Positions 52,126-62,958 of a stretch of DNA of 64,000 nucleotides are shown piece by piece. Made by a program: the position numbers and the translations under genes. The first letter of the stretch is position 1. Every line of letters starts with the position of its first letter. A model generated the notes under the pieces. The model saw only the letters and a list, made by a program, of their open reading frames with translations. It did no database searches and was not told the origin of the DNA. The stretch is from a virus (lineage: Duplodnaviria > Caudoviricetes), in the IMG/VR virus record IMGVR_UViG_3300001525_000584, positions 1 through 64,000 of that record, one strand, 5' to 3'.

Positions 52126-53070
52126 ATGAACGAAAATGAATTAAATGGATTAAATCAAATAGATACTGAGTGCAAATACTATGATGATGACGATGATTCT
52201 TTTGGCAGCATTAAAATAAAGTCTAACGAAAATATAGACGCGGATGTTGACAGCTATAAAAGAGAAACAGGCGTCATTATAGATTTGTCTGATGATCCTG
52301 TACCGCGCGCAAAAACGCGTTATAACGAGTGTTCTTTTGATACCCCAGTATCTACTCGCGAAGAAGAACAAATCGCGGTAAAACCCAAATATGAAGGTTA
52401 TAACGCTATAGATACAGAATGCAAGTATTATGATGACACTGAAGAGCCTGATTTTCCAGAAAAAGAAGAGCCTGAGTTTGCAGGCTTAGTTGACGAAAAT
52501 ATGGTAACTGAAAAAAGAAAAGTTATTAAAAAGAATTCATCGAACGTTCTGCAACAGGCTCAAAAGAAACATGCAGCAACCATTAAAAAGGGTGCATATA
52601 ATAGTCATTTTCATTTTTCTGGAAACCCTGAAAAAGAAGCAGCCATGTTTAATAATTCTGTGGATTCTTCTGCAACGCCGAGTTTTTCACCCGTAGGGCC
52701 TGCTTCTGGGGGCATGGGTGAATCTTTAAAGAAAAAGAAAAACAAAAATAGAGAACTCTTAGAAGAGATGTTTTCTATTATAGGTTTTGATGTTATCCCG
52801 AATTCAGATGGCACTATAAATGCTTTTGATAACTGCGATCCTGAAAATGATATAAATGCAACAGATATTAATGATTTAGTAGAAAAATTATCTCCTTATA
52901 TTAATATGTGTATTATTTATCCTTTAGAGGCTAAAACGGGTCAGTCTTTTGAAAATTATGCAGGCTGGTGCGACTGGTATAAAAATAATGAAAATAAATA
53001 CCCTAATTGCAAATCTGATATAGAATACTGTAACATCTTAGCAAATAAATTAGGAGAATGTGATTTTTAA
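52126..53070 (+). CDS. acidic hypothetical protein with duplicated IDTECKYYDD
   Basis: Repeat visible in the translation. Confidence 0.6.
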   Translation: MNENELNGLNQIDTECKYYDDDDDSFGSIKIKSNENIDADVDSYKRETGVIIDLSDDPVPRAKTRYNECSFDTPVSTREEEQIAVKPKYEGYNAIDTECKYYDDTEEPDFPEKEEPEFAGLVDENMVTEKRKVIKKNSSNVLQQAQKKHAATIKKGAYNSHFHFSGNPEKEAAMFNNSVDSSATPSFSPVGPASGGMGESLKKKKNKNRELLEEMFSIIGFDVIPNSDGTINAFDNCDPENDINATDINDLVEKLSPYINMCIIYPLEAKTGQSFENYAGWCDWYKNNENKYPNCKSDIEYCNILANKLGECDF

Positions 53071-53818
53071 CATGATCAGTGTTTATGAAAAATTTGAAAA
53101 ACATGATGAATTAAATCCTAAGTTATTTGATTCAAATAATAAGATGTTGCCAGAGGTCAGAGAAAAGCTTTTACAAATAGCGGATAAGTTCGTAGAGACT
53201 TTAAAAGAAGATGAGATTGCCATAGAGCTTATAGATATAAAATTAGTAGGCAGTAACTGTTCTTATAATTATACGGATAAGTCGGATGTAGATTTGCATT
53301 TAGTAGCCGATACAGAATCTTTAGAATGTCCCGATAATTTATATCCTCTATTATATTCAGCATATAGAGCTATTTTTAATCAAAAATATGATTTTTCTAT
53401 TAATGATATCCCTGTAGAGATTTTTGTGGAAACTAGCGATACAAAGCAACTAGAATCTTTACGATTAAAAGAAGCTCGCAAAAATACTTCTCTTAGATCT
53501 AATGGTGTATATTCTGTTTTAAAAGATGAGTGGATTAAAGAGCCTGTTGAAGGAGACATCCCAGAGCTAAATGAAACAGAATTTGAAGAGCGGTATCAAA
53601 AATGGGAAAATAGATATTTTGATTTATTAGAAACAGCCACTATAAACACCATAGAAGATTTTATAGAAGATATATATGAACTACGCAAAGATTCTTTAGA
53701 AGACGAAGGTGAATATGGATATGGTAACCAGGTCTTCAAAGAGTTTAGAAACCTAGGCTATTTAGATGCCCTAAAAGATCTAAAAAATACTTTAATATCA
53801 GATGAGTTAAGTTTATAA
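53060..53818 (+). CDS. Pol-beta superfamily nucleotidyltransferase
   Basis: VGSNCSYNY..SDVDLH plus the PVEIFV third carboxylate. Confidence 0.8.
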   Translation: MIFNMISVYEKFEKHDELNPKLFDSNNKMLPEVREKLLQIADKFVETLKEDEIAIELIDIKLVGSNCSYNYTDKSDVDLHLVADTESLECPDNLYPLLYSAYRAIFNQKYDFSINDIPVEIFVETSDTKQLESLRLKEARKNTSLRSNGVYSVLKDEWIKEPVEGDIPELNETEFEERYQKWENRYFDLLETATINTIEDFIEDIYELRKDSLEDEGEYGYGNQVFKEFRNLGYLDALKDLKNTLISDELSL

Positions 53819-53831
53819 GAGGAGTAAATCT

Positions 53832-54635
53832 ATGTATCTTTTTGAAAATGCCTTTAAAGATTTAAGAGATGCTAATATAATTACTGAAGATTTAGATACA
53901 CGTTTCACAGAAGATCAGTTAAAATATTTTAAAAATACTGTCATTAAAGATGCACAGGGTTATCCTGAGGTCTGTTATCATTCAACTCCTTATGATTTTT
54001 CTTATTTTAATCGTGGAGATATAGGATATCATTTCGCTTCCGAGGGCATCGCCAAAGCTCATGCGGAGGCATATGAAGATCAGTTTTTCCAAGCCTGGGA
54101 GGACGAAGGCGATTTAGACGATTTTGAAACTGAATCCGACGAGATGATCTTTGATGAATTAGTAGCAAAGCGCATGAAGATTTGTTATTTAAATATTCAG
54201 CGCCCCGCGCATTTCGATATAGATCCCGGTAATTGGAACGACGGACCTGTGGTTGCAGGATTAATTTTATGTTCTAAAGTTCCCTTTACAAAAATAGAGG
54301 CGCAGCTGAATGCAAAAGGCATGAAAAACACAGAATACTTTTTAAGAAAATTAAAAAGCACTTTTGATGCCAGCCCTCTTAAACAAAATGCCCAGAGCTG
54401 CGTGGATATACCCTTAACTTCAGTAGATATAGAAAAGTTATTAGATACCATTCTCAATAATTCACCAATAACTGCAGTAAGAGATTTTATAAAGAGTAAA
54501 GGTTATGATGGTATTATTTATGTAAATTCGTGGGACGAAGCTGCTGGGGATTCTTCTTATATAATTTTCGATTCTAATCAGGCTAAATATATAACTAATT
54601 TACATCCCACTTCAGCAAAAGAATTAGACAAATAA
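53832..54635 (+). CDS. ADP-ribosyltransferase-like protein (polyvalent-protein ART type)
   Basis: VCYHST, GYHF, YLNI..P, GYDGII, YIIFDSNQ.K. Confidence 0.6.
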   Translation: MYLFENAFKDLRDANIITEDLDTRFTEDQLKYFKNTVIKDAQGYPEVCYHSTPYDFSYFNRGDIGYHFASEGIAKAHAEAYEDQFFQAWEDEGDLDDFETESDEMIFDELVAKRMKICYLNIQRPAHFDIDPGNWNDGPVVAGLILCSKVPFTKIEAQLNAKGMKNTEYFLRKLKSTFDASPLKQNAQSCVDIPLTSVDIEKLLDTILNNSPITAVRDFIKSKGYDGIIYVNSWDEAAGDSSYIIFDSNQAKYITNLHPTSAKELDK

Positions 54636-54653
54636 GGAAAAGGAGTCCGCAGC

Positions 54654-55451
54654 ATGCGTCATGAAAAATATTTACACGAAGCAACTAGAAAAGAGCTGCT
54701 GCGTAAATCCCGAAAAGCTAGAGGTTATACTAGTAAAATAGGTAGTCGTTGGATCGCAAAAGATAATTCATCTATAGCTAATACAGTAAAAGATTATAAT
54801 AATATAGACATGGATAAATTTTGGAAAAAAGATGAATTAGTATTTATAGTAAAAACTGAGGGTGAAACAGGTACTTATGATGTGACATTAGACTTTACTA
54901 ATATCTTATCTCGAATCAGAGAAGGTGTAAAGAATAATAAAAATCTTTTTGAAAAGAAAATAATATACGATGCCTTAGTTTCAGCTTTAAATAGTAGCGA
55001 TGTAAAAATATCTTGCACCTGTGGCGATTTTATTTATAGAATGGCTTATCAGGCAAGCAAACAGGGATATAAAGCCGGACCTCAGGAAACCCGAAGTTCT
55101 GATGTAACTAATCCTAATGATGATTTAGGTGCAGGTTGTAAACACGTCCTATATGTATTAAATAATGCAAGATGGATTAGAAACATAGCGTCCGTCATTA
55201 ATAATTATGTAAACTATGCAAAAGATCATATGGAACATCTTTATTCTCAGTATATTTTTCCCAAAATTTATGGCATGAGTTATGATAAGGCTGTGCAAAT
55301 GACTATAGATGATTATGAAAATGGAGAAGTAAAAAATAAATTAAATTCATCTCCGGAGCTGATTAATTTGTCAAATGCGCTAGGTAAAGATCGCGGAAAA
55401 ATTAAAAAGGGATCTAATAAAAATCCTGTTTCAGTCAAAAATAATAAATAA
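54654..55451 (+). CDS. SWIM zinc-finger protein
   Basis: CTCGDF...GCKH. Confidence 0.7.
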   Translation: MRHEKYLHEATRKELLRKSRKARGYTSKIGSRWIAKDNSSIANTVKDYNNIDMDKFWKKDELVFIVKTEGETGTYDVTLDFTNILSRIREGVKNNKNLFEKKIIYDALVSALNSSDVKISCTCGDFIYRMAYQASKQGYKAGPQETRSSDVTNPNDDLGAGCKHVLYVLNNARWIRNIASVINNYVNYAKDHMEHLYSQYIFPKIYGMSYDKAVQMTIDDYENGEVKNKLNSSPELINLSNALGKDRGKIKKGSNKNPVSVKNNK

Positions 55452-55458
55452 AATATAC

Positions 55459-55491
55459 GGGCAGAGCGACATAAAGGCTCTGTCCTTTATT
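55459..55491 (+). terminator. intrinsic terminator
   Basis: GGGCAGAGC/GCTCTGTCC followed by TTTATTT. Confidence 0.55.
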
Positions 55492-55587
55492 TATTGAGAT
55501 CGTTGATATTATGCATTCTTTGCTAAATTATAAAAAGTGATAAAAAATGTATAATTTATGTAGAAACTATGTAGAAAGGAAAATATC

Positions 55588-58380
55588 TTGGACGAATTAA
55601 ATTTATTAACGTCAAATTTGGATTTATCAGTCCTGGATAATTTGTCCCCAGAACAACGTGAATTAGCTTTATCTATTTTGCAAGAATATGCACAAACAGG
55701 TGATTCAAAAGCTTATTCTGAGTTGGTCATGGAGGATTATGCAGAAGCACCTGTAGACATTTTAACATTCGTAGATGATTATAATTATTTAGGAAACGCC
55801 TGGCACGATGCAGAAGGCAACTCTAATTTATATCCATACTGGAGAAAAGAATTATTAAAGATTTTCCCAGATAATTTGACTACTACTGTTAATAATGGCA
55901 TTTTTAGTGGCTCACGCGGACGTGGAAAAGAGCAACCTTTAAGCTCCTTAGTTTTAACAGAACATGGTTATATAACTATGGGCGATGTTGAAGTAGGGAC
56001 AAAAGTTTATGGACATGATGGTCAACTTCATCCGGTAACGGCTATATATCCTCAGGGCGTTAAAGATATTTATAAAATAACCTTTTCTGATAATACCAGT
56101 GCGCGGTGCGGCCTGCAACATTTATGGCAGGTAGAAAAAGATGGAAAAAGTTCCGTAGTAGATATAAAACAGTTATTAGAGTATTCTAAAAAAGAATCTT
56201 TAAAGAATTATTTTATACCCCTTTGTCAGCCCATAAATTTCGATGTTGATGGAAATGTAGATGAAGCATATCAAAAAGGTAGAGATTTTGTTTCAGGTAC
56301 AACTGATATAGCGACAGAAGATTTATATTCTAATATATCTATAAGAACAGCCTTGCTGCAAGGCATTTTAGATGAAGCCGGAGATGTTGTTGAAAAGTTT
56401 ATAAAAATATCTGACACAAATGCAGCATTAAAAAAAGTTGTCTCCTGGCTGGTACATTCTTTGGGTGGCATCATAGTAACTGAGGATGCTTCTTTAAAAA
56501 TCTTTTTGCCTGAAAATATAACGCCCTTTAGATTATCTAGAAAATTATCCTTATATAATAGTACTACGCATGTACAGCCATGCAGATATATAACTTCTAT
56601 AGAAAAGTTACCTTATAAAGAGGCATGCCAGTGTATTATGGTTGATAGCGAAGAGCATTTATATATAACAGATAATTTTATAGTAACGCATAATACAGAA
56701 GTAGCAACCTTAATAGCAGCTTATCTGTTGCATAGAATACTTTGTTTAAAAGATCCGATCGCATATTATCATTTAAAGCCTACAGAAAAAATAGTATTCG
56801 CTTTTATGAATATTAAGCTGGCTTTGGCTGAAGAAATTGGTATAACAAAGTTTCAAAATACTTTGCAATCTAGTCCCTGGTTCATGTCCCATGGCGAATT
56901 AGAAGGTCGTACTAGAAAAATATGGGTACCCCAAAAATATAATAATCAAATAGCTATAGACATTAAAATAGGTTCTCAGGCTGATGACCTCATAGGCCTG
57001 CCCATCTTTTTTTGCTTCTTCGACGAGATATCCTTCATCAAGAATCAGGATGTAGAAAAACAAAAGAAAAAAGCGTACGATATGTTAAATACTGCAGTAG
57101 GTGGTATGAAAACACGTTTCGTACATAAAGGTAAAAATCCTACATTCTTAGTTTTAGCCTCTTCAAAAAGATCAGACAAATCCTTCTTAGAGGAACATAT
57201 GAGGAAAAAATTAAAGTCTGAAAAGGCTAATGTTTATATATCTGATGGGCCCGTTTGGGAAGTAAAACCTAAAGGCACCTATTCTGATGAAACATTTAGA
57301 GTTGCTGTGGGTAATAAATTTTTACCGTCTTTAGTTATCCCAGATGATGATGAATCACAACCTTATATAGATAAGGGCTATAAAATCATCTATCCGCCCA
57401 TAGATTTTAGAGCAGAATTTTTAGATGATATAGATCGTGCTTTGTGTGATTATGCCGGCATATCTAGTTCCAGTATTAGTAAATATATAAATGCTGCCCG
57501 AGTAAAAAGTTTGATCACAACACGTATTAAAAATCCTTTTGTGCGCGAGGTCATAGAAGTAGGCGACGGCGAAGATGATGATGTACAGTATTATAACTTT
57601 TTTGATTTGTCTCGCGTAGATCCGGCTTTAAGATCGAAGCCTTTATTCATACACATGGATATGTCTTATACAGGAGACAAAACCGGTATCAGCGGTGTTT
57701 ACATAGCAGGTAAAAAAGCTTCTATTGATGAAGCATCTCAGGCGTCCGATTTATTTTATTCAGCGGCTTTTTCAGTCAGCGTTCAGGCACCTAAAGGCCG
57801 ACATATCAGTTTCGCAAAAAACAGAAACTTTATTTACTGGTTAAAAGAACAAGGCTTTAATATAAAAGGTATAACTACAGATACTTATCAGTCTTATGAT
57901 ACCGGCGAACAACTTAGAATGAAGGGTTATCCTTATCATGTATTATCTGTGGACCGGGTTGATACTTCTAAAATATGCTTACCTTATCAGTATTTTAAAT
58001 CTACTATTTATGAAAAGCGTTTAGAGCTTTTTGAGGATGATTTATTATTCAGAGAGATAACAGAACTCGACCGCAACATGGAAACAGGCAAGGTAGATCA
58101 CCCCGAAGGTGGCAGTAAAGATGCCTGTGATGCATTATGTGGCGCTATTTATAATGCCTCTTCTCATGCAGAAGAATACGCATATGACTATGGAGAATCT
58201 TCAGAACAGCTCTTGCGGCTAAATGCCAGTTACGATATGGATGCCACATATTCATTTAAAGAAGGTTTTGAAGAAGAATTAAAAATGATGGGTCGATCCA
58301 GAATGGGATTATTAGCCCCTCCGGATCTCGGAAGCATAGCAAAAACAGAACCCGAATATTTTGATATACCTATACTATAA
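55588..58380 (+). CDS. terminase large subunit with intein
   Basis: Walker A GSRGRGK/T, Walker B FFDE, LASS, nuclease HMDMS and DHP..GSKD..DA. Confidence 0.92.
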   Translation: MDELNLLTSNLDLSVLDNLSPEQRELALSILQEYAQTGDSKAYSELVMEDYAEAPVDILTFVDDYNYLGNAWHDAEGNSNLYPYWRKELLKIFPDNLTTTVNNGIFSGSRGRGKEQPLSSLVLTEHGYITMGDVEVGTKVYGHDGQLHPVTAIYPQGVKDIYKITFSDNTSARCGLQHLWQVEKDGKSSVVDIKQLLEYSKKESLKNYFIPLCQPINFDVDGNVDEAYQKGRDFVSGTTDIATEDLYSNISIRTALLQGILDEAGDVVEKFIKISDTNAALKKVVSWLVHSLGGIIVTEDASLKIFLPENITPFRLSRKLSLYNSTTHVQPCRYITSIEKLPYKEACQCIMVDSEEHLYITDNFIVTHNTEVATLIAAYLLHRILCLKDPIAYYHLKPTEKIVFAFMNIKLALAEEIGITKFQNTLQSSPWFMSHGELEGRTRKIWVPQKYNNQIAIDIKIGSQADDLIGLPIFFCFFDEISFIKNQDVEKQKKKAYDMLNTAVGGMKTRFVHKGKNPTFLVLASSKRSDKSFLEEHMRKKLKSEKANVYISDGPVWEVKPKGTYSDETFRVAVGNKFLPSLVIPDDDESQPYIDKGYKIIYPPIDFRAEFLDDIDRALCDYAGISSSSISKYINAARVKSLITTRIKNPFVREVIEVGDGEDDDVQYYNFFDLSRVDPALRSKPLFIHMDMSYTGDKTGISGVYIAGKKASIDEASQASDLFYSAAFSVSVQAPKGRHISFAKNRNFIYWLKEQGFNIKGITTDTYQSYDTGEQLRMKGYPYHVLSVDRVDTSKICLPYQYFKSTIYEKRLELFEDDLLFREITELDRNMETGKVDHPEGGSKDACDALCGAIYNASSHAEEYAYDYGESSEQLLRLNASYDMDATYSFKEGFEEELKMMGRSRMGLLAPPDLGSIAKTEPEYFDIPIL
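55930..56694 (+). mobile_element. class 3 intein (255 aa) with degenerate LAGLIDADG remnant
   Basis: EQPLSS...HLW...CQCI.V....LY...IVTHN/T; remnants RTALLQGILD and LVHSLGG. Confidence 0.85.
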
Positions 58381-58404
58381 AATGTAAAGGAGATTTAAAA
58401 TAGA

Positions 58405-60276
58405 ATGGCCAACGAATATACCGGCTTAACTATTAATGTGAAACCTAATACACCTCCTGAAATAGGTGCGGATACACAAAACACCTTAATGGATGATATT
58501 ATAGGAGCAGCGCAAGTAGGTAACTTTGATGCATCTGCTCTAAATGCCCTAGGCCAGTGGGCACAAAATCGAGAACAAACATATCAGTTAATAGATTCTA
58601 TGGCGCAGGACGGAAGAATTTCTGCAGTTTTAGAGTGTATAGCAGGAGATACTGTTCAACCAAATGATAATGGAAAAATAGTTTGGGCAGAAGCAGAAAA
58701 TGGTAGAATCTCCGAATATGTAAACTGGCTACTAGACACACTTAATGTAGATAAGCATATTTATAAATGGGCATACTGTTTAGGCACTTACGGAGATGTT
58801 TATTTAAGACTATTTAGACAGTCCGATGTTTCAGATGATTTACTATTTAAAAACGATAATATTAAAAATAGAAAATTAAATGAATCCAAAGAACCTGTAA
58901 ATGAAGATGTAGTTTTAAAGGCTTATTCAGCTTCTGATAAATATATCCCATATGTAAAAATGGTGGATAATCCCGGCGAGATGTTTGATTTACAGAAGTT
59001 TGGAAAAACACATGGTTATATAAAGGCTTCGCCTAGTGTTATGAATTATTCTACTGACGAGTTATATGCTTATTTAACACGATATAAAATGAAGCAGAGT
59101 GAAGTAGAAGTTTATGATGCTTTATCTTTTGTACATGGTTGTTTAGAGAGCACAAATCAGAGACAGCCTGAAACAGTAGATATTTTCTTAGATAAATATG
59201 GTGATGAAGAAAATGCTGATTCTTTAACTTCTTCTTATGAAGTCAAAAGAGGGCAGTCCATGCTGTATGATGCTTTTAGAAATTGGCGCGAGCTAAGTCT
59301 CTTGGAGATGTCTGCGTTATTAAATAGATTAACACGTTCTGCGGTAGTTAGAATTTTAAATATAGATGTAGGCGACATGCCTAAAAATCAAATAGAAAAT
59401 TATCTTCGCAGGCTGAAGGAAAAAATAGAGCAAAAAGCTGCCGTGAATACAGGTGATCCAGGCAGCATGAATGAATACAACATAAACGGCCCTATAGAAA
59501 ATACCATTTATGTTCCCACACATGAAGGTAAAGGCGCCATTAATGCTTCTACTATAGGTGGCGACTTCGATCCTAAATCTTTAGTGGACTTAGAGTACTT
59601 TAAGAATAAACTGTACGGTTCTTTAAGAGTTCCTAAGCAGTACTTTAATGAAACCGATGACAGCACGGGGTTTAACGGAGGTAGCTCTTTAACTATTATC
59701 TCTGCACAGTACGGCAAAAGTATTAGAAAAAATCAAAATGTTCTTTGTCAAATGATTGCAGATTTAGTAAATCTCTTCTTAATCGATAGAGGCCTGGATA
59801 ATTATGTAAACAAATTTACTATTAGAATGCAGGCTCCTATAACGCAAGAAGTTTTAGATCGAAGAGCTGATAATGATAATCGCCTGAATTATATTAATAA
59901 CATCATGACTCAGATGGACATTATAGAGGATCCTGTTGTAAAATTAAAAGTGTATAGAACTTTAATAGCTCAGGTTATTAATGATCCCAGTATCGTAAAT
60001 ATTCTTCAGGATTATATAGATGATTTGGAAAAGAAGCAGGAGGCTAAAGAGGCTGGTGCGCCTGCTGCAGAAGAAGGAGCTTCTGAAGAACCTGCTATGG
60101 ATTTGTCTATGTCCTCCGAAGAAACTTTACCGAGTTTAGGAGAAACTGAAGAGCCGGCACAGGAGTCTTTTGAAGATGATGCAGATAAAGAAATTATTAA
60201 TGAGGCGAATGAAGATGACGAAGAAAAGTTACCATCTCCTGAAGAATTAAATATGAACTTTTTAGATGAGGCATGA
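58405..60276 (+). CDS. portal protein (T4 gp20-like)
   Basis: G.S.L..A, L.LLE..LL.R..R, IDVGDMP, D.EYF..KLY..L.VP. Confidence 0.9.
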   Translation: MANEYTGLTINVKPNTPPEIGADTQNTLMDDIIGAAQVGNFDASALNALGQWAQNREQTYQLIDSMAQDGRISAVLECIAGDTVQPNDNGKIVWAEAENGRISEYVNWLLDTLNVDKHIYKWAYCLGTYGDVYLRLFRQSDVSDDLLFKNDNIKNRKLNESKEPVNEDVVLKAYSASDKYIPYVKMVDNPGEMFDLQKFGKTHGYIKASPSVMNYSTDELYAYLTRYKMKQSEVEVYDALSFVHGCLESTNQRQPETVDIFLDKYGDEENADSLTSSYEVKRGQSMLYDAFRNWRELSLLEMSALLNRLTRSAVVRILNIDVGDMPKNQIENYLRRLKEKIEQKAAVNTGDPGSMNEYNINGPIENTIYVPTHEGKGAINASTIGGDFDPKSLVDLEYFKNKLYGSLRVPKQYFNETDDSTGFNGGSSLTIISAQYGKSIRKNQNVLCQMIADLVNLFLIDRGLDNYVNKFTIRMQAPITQEVLDRRADNDNRLNYINNIMTQMDIIEDPVVKLKVYRTLIAQVINDPSIVNILQDYIDDLEKKQEAKEAGAPAAEEGASEEPAMDLSMSSEETLPSLGETEEPAQESFEDDADKEIINEANEDDEEKLPSPEELNMNFLDEA

Positions 60277-60302
60277 GAAGTATTTAACGAAAGGAAAATT
60301 AA

Positions 60303-60755
60303 ATGCTGACAAAAGAAGATTTACTTTTACTTTTAGATGAGATCGAACAAAGAGGAGTAGACATAAAAAATTATCCTTATAAATTAATGATGGGTGATCG
60401 AATACCTTCGGAGATTTTAAAATTTGTAAATGATAATAGACCTTTAGAGATAAATAACTTTTATGAGATGCTCCGCAAAAATCATAATAAAAAGAAAACA
60501 CCTCTATACAAGAACTTAGTAAAAGGTGAATTTGATTCTAATAAAGAAGCTTTAATCACTTTAGCTTCTTTACATCTTCAAATTTTACTATATGCAAAAA
60601 AATTAGAAGATGAAACTTTATTTTTAAAGCATAGTAGAGCAGAAGAGATCACCCAGGTTTTAAATAATTATTATAGAACTTATGATTTAATACCCTGTTT
60701 AAAGTTATTGAAGCTAATCCGGAACGATATGAAGTGTTTTGAACTTCTGCGCTAA
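60303..60755 (+). CDS. hypothetical protein
   Basis: GAAAGG RBS. Confidence 0.65.
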   Translation: MLTKEDLLLLLDEIEQRGVDIKNYPYKLMMGDRIPSEILKFVNDNRPLEINNFYEMLRKNHNKKKTPLYKNLVKGEFDSNKEALITLASLHLQILLYAKKLEDETLFLKHSRAEEITQVLNNYYRTYDLIPCLKLLKLIRNDMKCFELLR

Positions 60756-60801
60756 ATTAGACATTAAAAAGCAAAAATATAGTTGAGGAGATTTTTTACT
60801 C

Positions 60802-61515
60802 ATGATGAATATACAAGAGGCAGCTTTTAAAGAACTGAATAAAAAAGTTACCAAAAGAGATAAAGTTTTAGCAAAAAAACTAAACGAGGATATGAAAAAG
60901 CCTGAAAAAAGAAGCAGATGCGCCGAAGAAGAAGTCATTGAAGAAGCAAAAGAAACAGGACGCTTTGCTATTCAACATAAGAATGGTCGTTGGGTTTCTC
61001 GGGACTATGTAGTAGGCAGTGCTGATCGCAGAGCAAAATTTGAGAACGAAAAAGATGCAGAAGCTTTTATCTCTGATAATGGAAAAGATAAAGACTGGCA
61101 GGCATATTATTCTATAGTAGAGCTCGATGAAGAGCTGGACGAAGCAGCAGAGAGCAAAGGCCTGGTACGAGCTTTTGGTGGGCAGTATATCGATTTATAC
61201 GATGAAGTATATGATGCATTATCTCCGGATCTGGCTGGCATGAATCAAAAAGCAAAAGACCGCAAAGTATTAGTTAAGGCATTTACAAAGTATGGTGCAC
61301 CCTATACTGCGGATGAGGTATTTGCCATGGTCAGAGTTCCTAATCGTCCCGATTATGAAGGCATTAAAATTATCTCAGGCGATTTAGCCCGTGCAAAAGC
61401 TGTTGCAGATGCTTTTGGTCTTGAGTATGAGGTAAATGAGCGTCATCCTGAAGAGGCATATATTTACATCCCCGGCAATGCTAAGGCCATTAAAGCATTC
61501 GTAAATGAGCCCTAA
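60802..61515 (+). CDS. hypothetical protein (IQE/LNE/LDE motifs)
   Basis: GAGGAG RBS; late motif upstream. Confidence 0.65.
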   Translation: MMNIQEAAFKELNKKVTKRDKVLAKKLNEDMKKPEKRSRCAEEEVIEEAKETGRFAIQHKNGRWVSRDYVVGSADRRAKFENEKDAEAFISDNGKDKDWQAYYSIVELDEELDEAAESKGLVRAFGGQYIDLYDEVYDALSPDLAGMNQKAKDRKVLVKAFTKYGAPYTADEVFAMVRVPNRPDYEGIKIISGDLARAKAVADAFGLEYEVNERHPEEAYIYIPGNAKAIKAFVNEP

Positions 61516-61534
61516 TTAAAAATTTAAATATATT

Positions 61535-61562
61535 AAAGCCTTCTGTAAAAAGAAGGCTTTTT
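61535..61562 (+). terminator. intrinsic terminator
   Basis: AAAGCCTTCT/AGAAGGCTTT followed by TT. Confidence 0.65.
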
Positions 61563-61640
61563 GTTTGCTTTATGCGCGGGATAAAATTCTTTGCTAAATT
61601 AGTCAAATTAGAACGAAATTCAGTAAAGGAGAATGTAACT

Positions 61641-62936
61641 TTGCAAAAACGTTATAAGACCCTTCTGGAGGCGGTGCAACATCCCGGCGTAGAAGGATTA
61701 GAATCAAATAACTCCTATGATTTATATAAAATAAACACTTATGAAGGCGCTCAGCAATTTACTGTAAATGGTCGCCCGGCTGGTGCGGCTTATACACAAA
61801 ATGAAGGCCTGTTTAATAGAAACATAGTTGAAGGAAACTATAATTTATATTTTTTGACTGCGCACGATAATGCTAACGTTATGTATGGTATCTTAGAAAA
61901 TACTTCACATAATAATGAATTATCTATGGAGAATGCGGATAATGTTGCGGTTAGATTCGAAAATGTGCCTCGAGAAGTGCTGCTCTTTTTAAATAGCCAT
62001 TTTCCGCAGATCCCTGTAAATCAGGAGGCCATACAGGCCGCACAGACCGCAGAGGTCGAAGTTCCGACAGAAACAGAAACCCCTGAAGAAAATGATGAGA
62101 TCCCCACAGAATTTAATGCAGTGCCTGAAGATCAGATGGACATAGATAATGACGAACGCGAGCTCCAAGAGTTTTTAGATAATCTGATACATACACCCGC
62201 AGAACTGCAGACGATATTAGATACCGTGGATGCATCGCGTTTCAGAGCTTTACTTCGCATGCATCAGGTGAATATACCTGCAGAACGCGGCACAGGCATA
62301 CAGCACTTTAATCCCCTATATGATTACGATATGGATCAACCTCAAACTATTCGTCAGGCCTGGGCTTTTTATGATGGTACATTAGATTATTTAAATTTTG
62401 TAGATGGACATTATGACGAAATTCTTGATATGGTGCCGCAGGCGCAGAATGACGAAGTAACTGTACTCGCGGAGCCGGTAGATCCCACAGTAACTTCAAT
62501 AAATACACCCCGAGAAAGCCCTACTACAACACGAGCTGAGGCTCCACGTAGAAAAATACGGTTGGCTAATGGTACTATAGGTTATGGAGATGGAACCATA
62601 CTAAAAGATTCATCCAGAGATGATCAGTGGACTACAGCAAAAATCAGATATAAAAAAGTTAAAAATCATATTAAGATAACTAGCGTCAGAAGTGGTGCAG
62701 GTACTTTGGAGATCCCTGATACTATAGAAGGTCTGCCCGTAACGGAGTTAGAACAGTACAGTTTTTATGATTTAGCTTATAGAAGAATTATTTTGCCAGA
62801 TAGTATTAAAAAAGTTATGCCCTACACTTTTGTGGACTGTTCAGATCGTTTAACTATAAGCATAGGTCACAGTACAGAAGTTTATAAAAAATCTATTGTG
62901 CCTGCAGACCCTAACGCTTTTACACGTAGATCTTAA
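61641..62936 (+). CDS. protein with C-terminal BspA-type leucine-rich repeats
   Basis: TTG start after AAGGAG; LEIPDTIEGLPVT and IILPDSIKKV..YTF..C. Confidence 0.7.
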   Translation: MQKRYKTLLEAVQHPGVEGLESNNSYDLYKINTYEGAQQFTVNGRPAGAAYTQNEGLFNRNIVEGNYNLYFLTAHDNANVMYGILENTSHNNELSMENADNVAVRFENVPREVLLFLNSHFPQIPVNQEAIQAAQTAEVEVPTETETPEENDEIPTEFNAVPEDQMDIDNDERELQEFLDNLIHTPAELQTILDTVDASRFRALLRMHQVNIPAERGTGIQHFNPLYDYDMDQPQTIRQAWAFYDGTLDYLNFVDGHYDEILDMVPQAQNDEVTVLAEPVDPTVTSINTPRESPTTTRAEAPRRKIRLANGTIGYGDGTILKDSSRDDQWTTAKIRYKKVKNHIKITSVRSGAGTLEIPDTIEGLPVTELEQYSFYDLAYRRIILPDSIKKVMPYTFVDCSDRLTISIGHSTEVYKKSIVPADPNAFTRRS

Positions 62937-62958
62937 TGAAGGAGTGCTTAGTAAAAAT

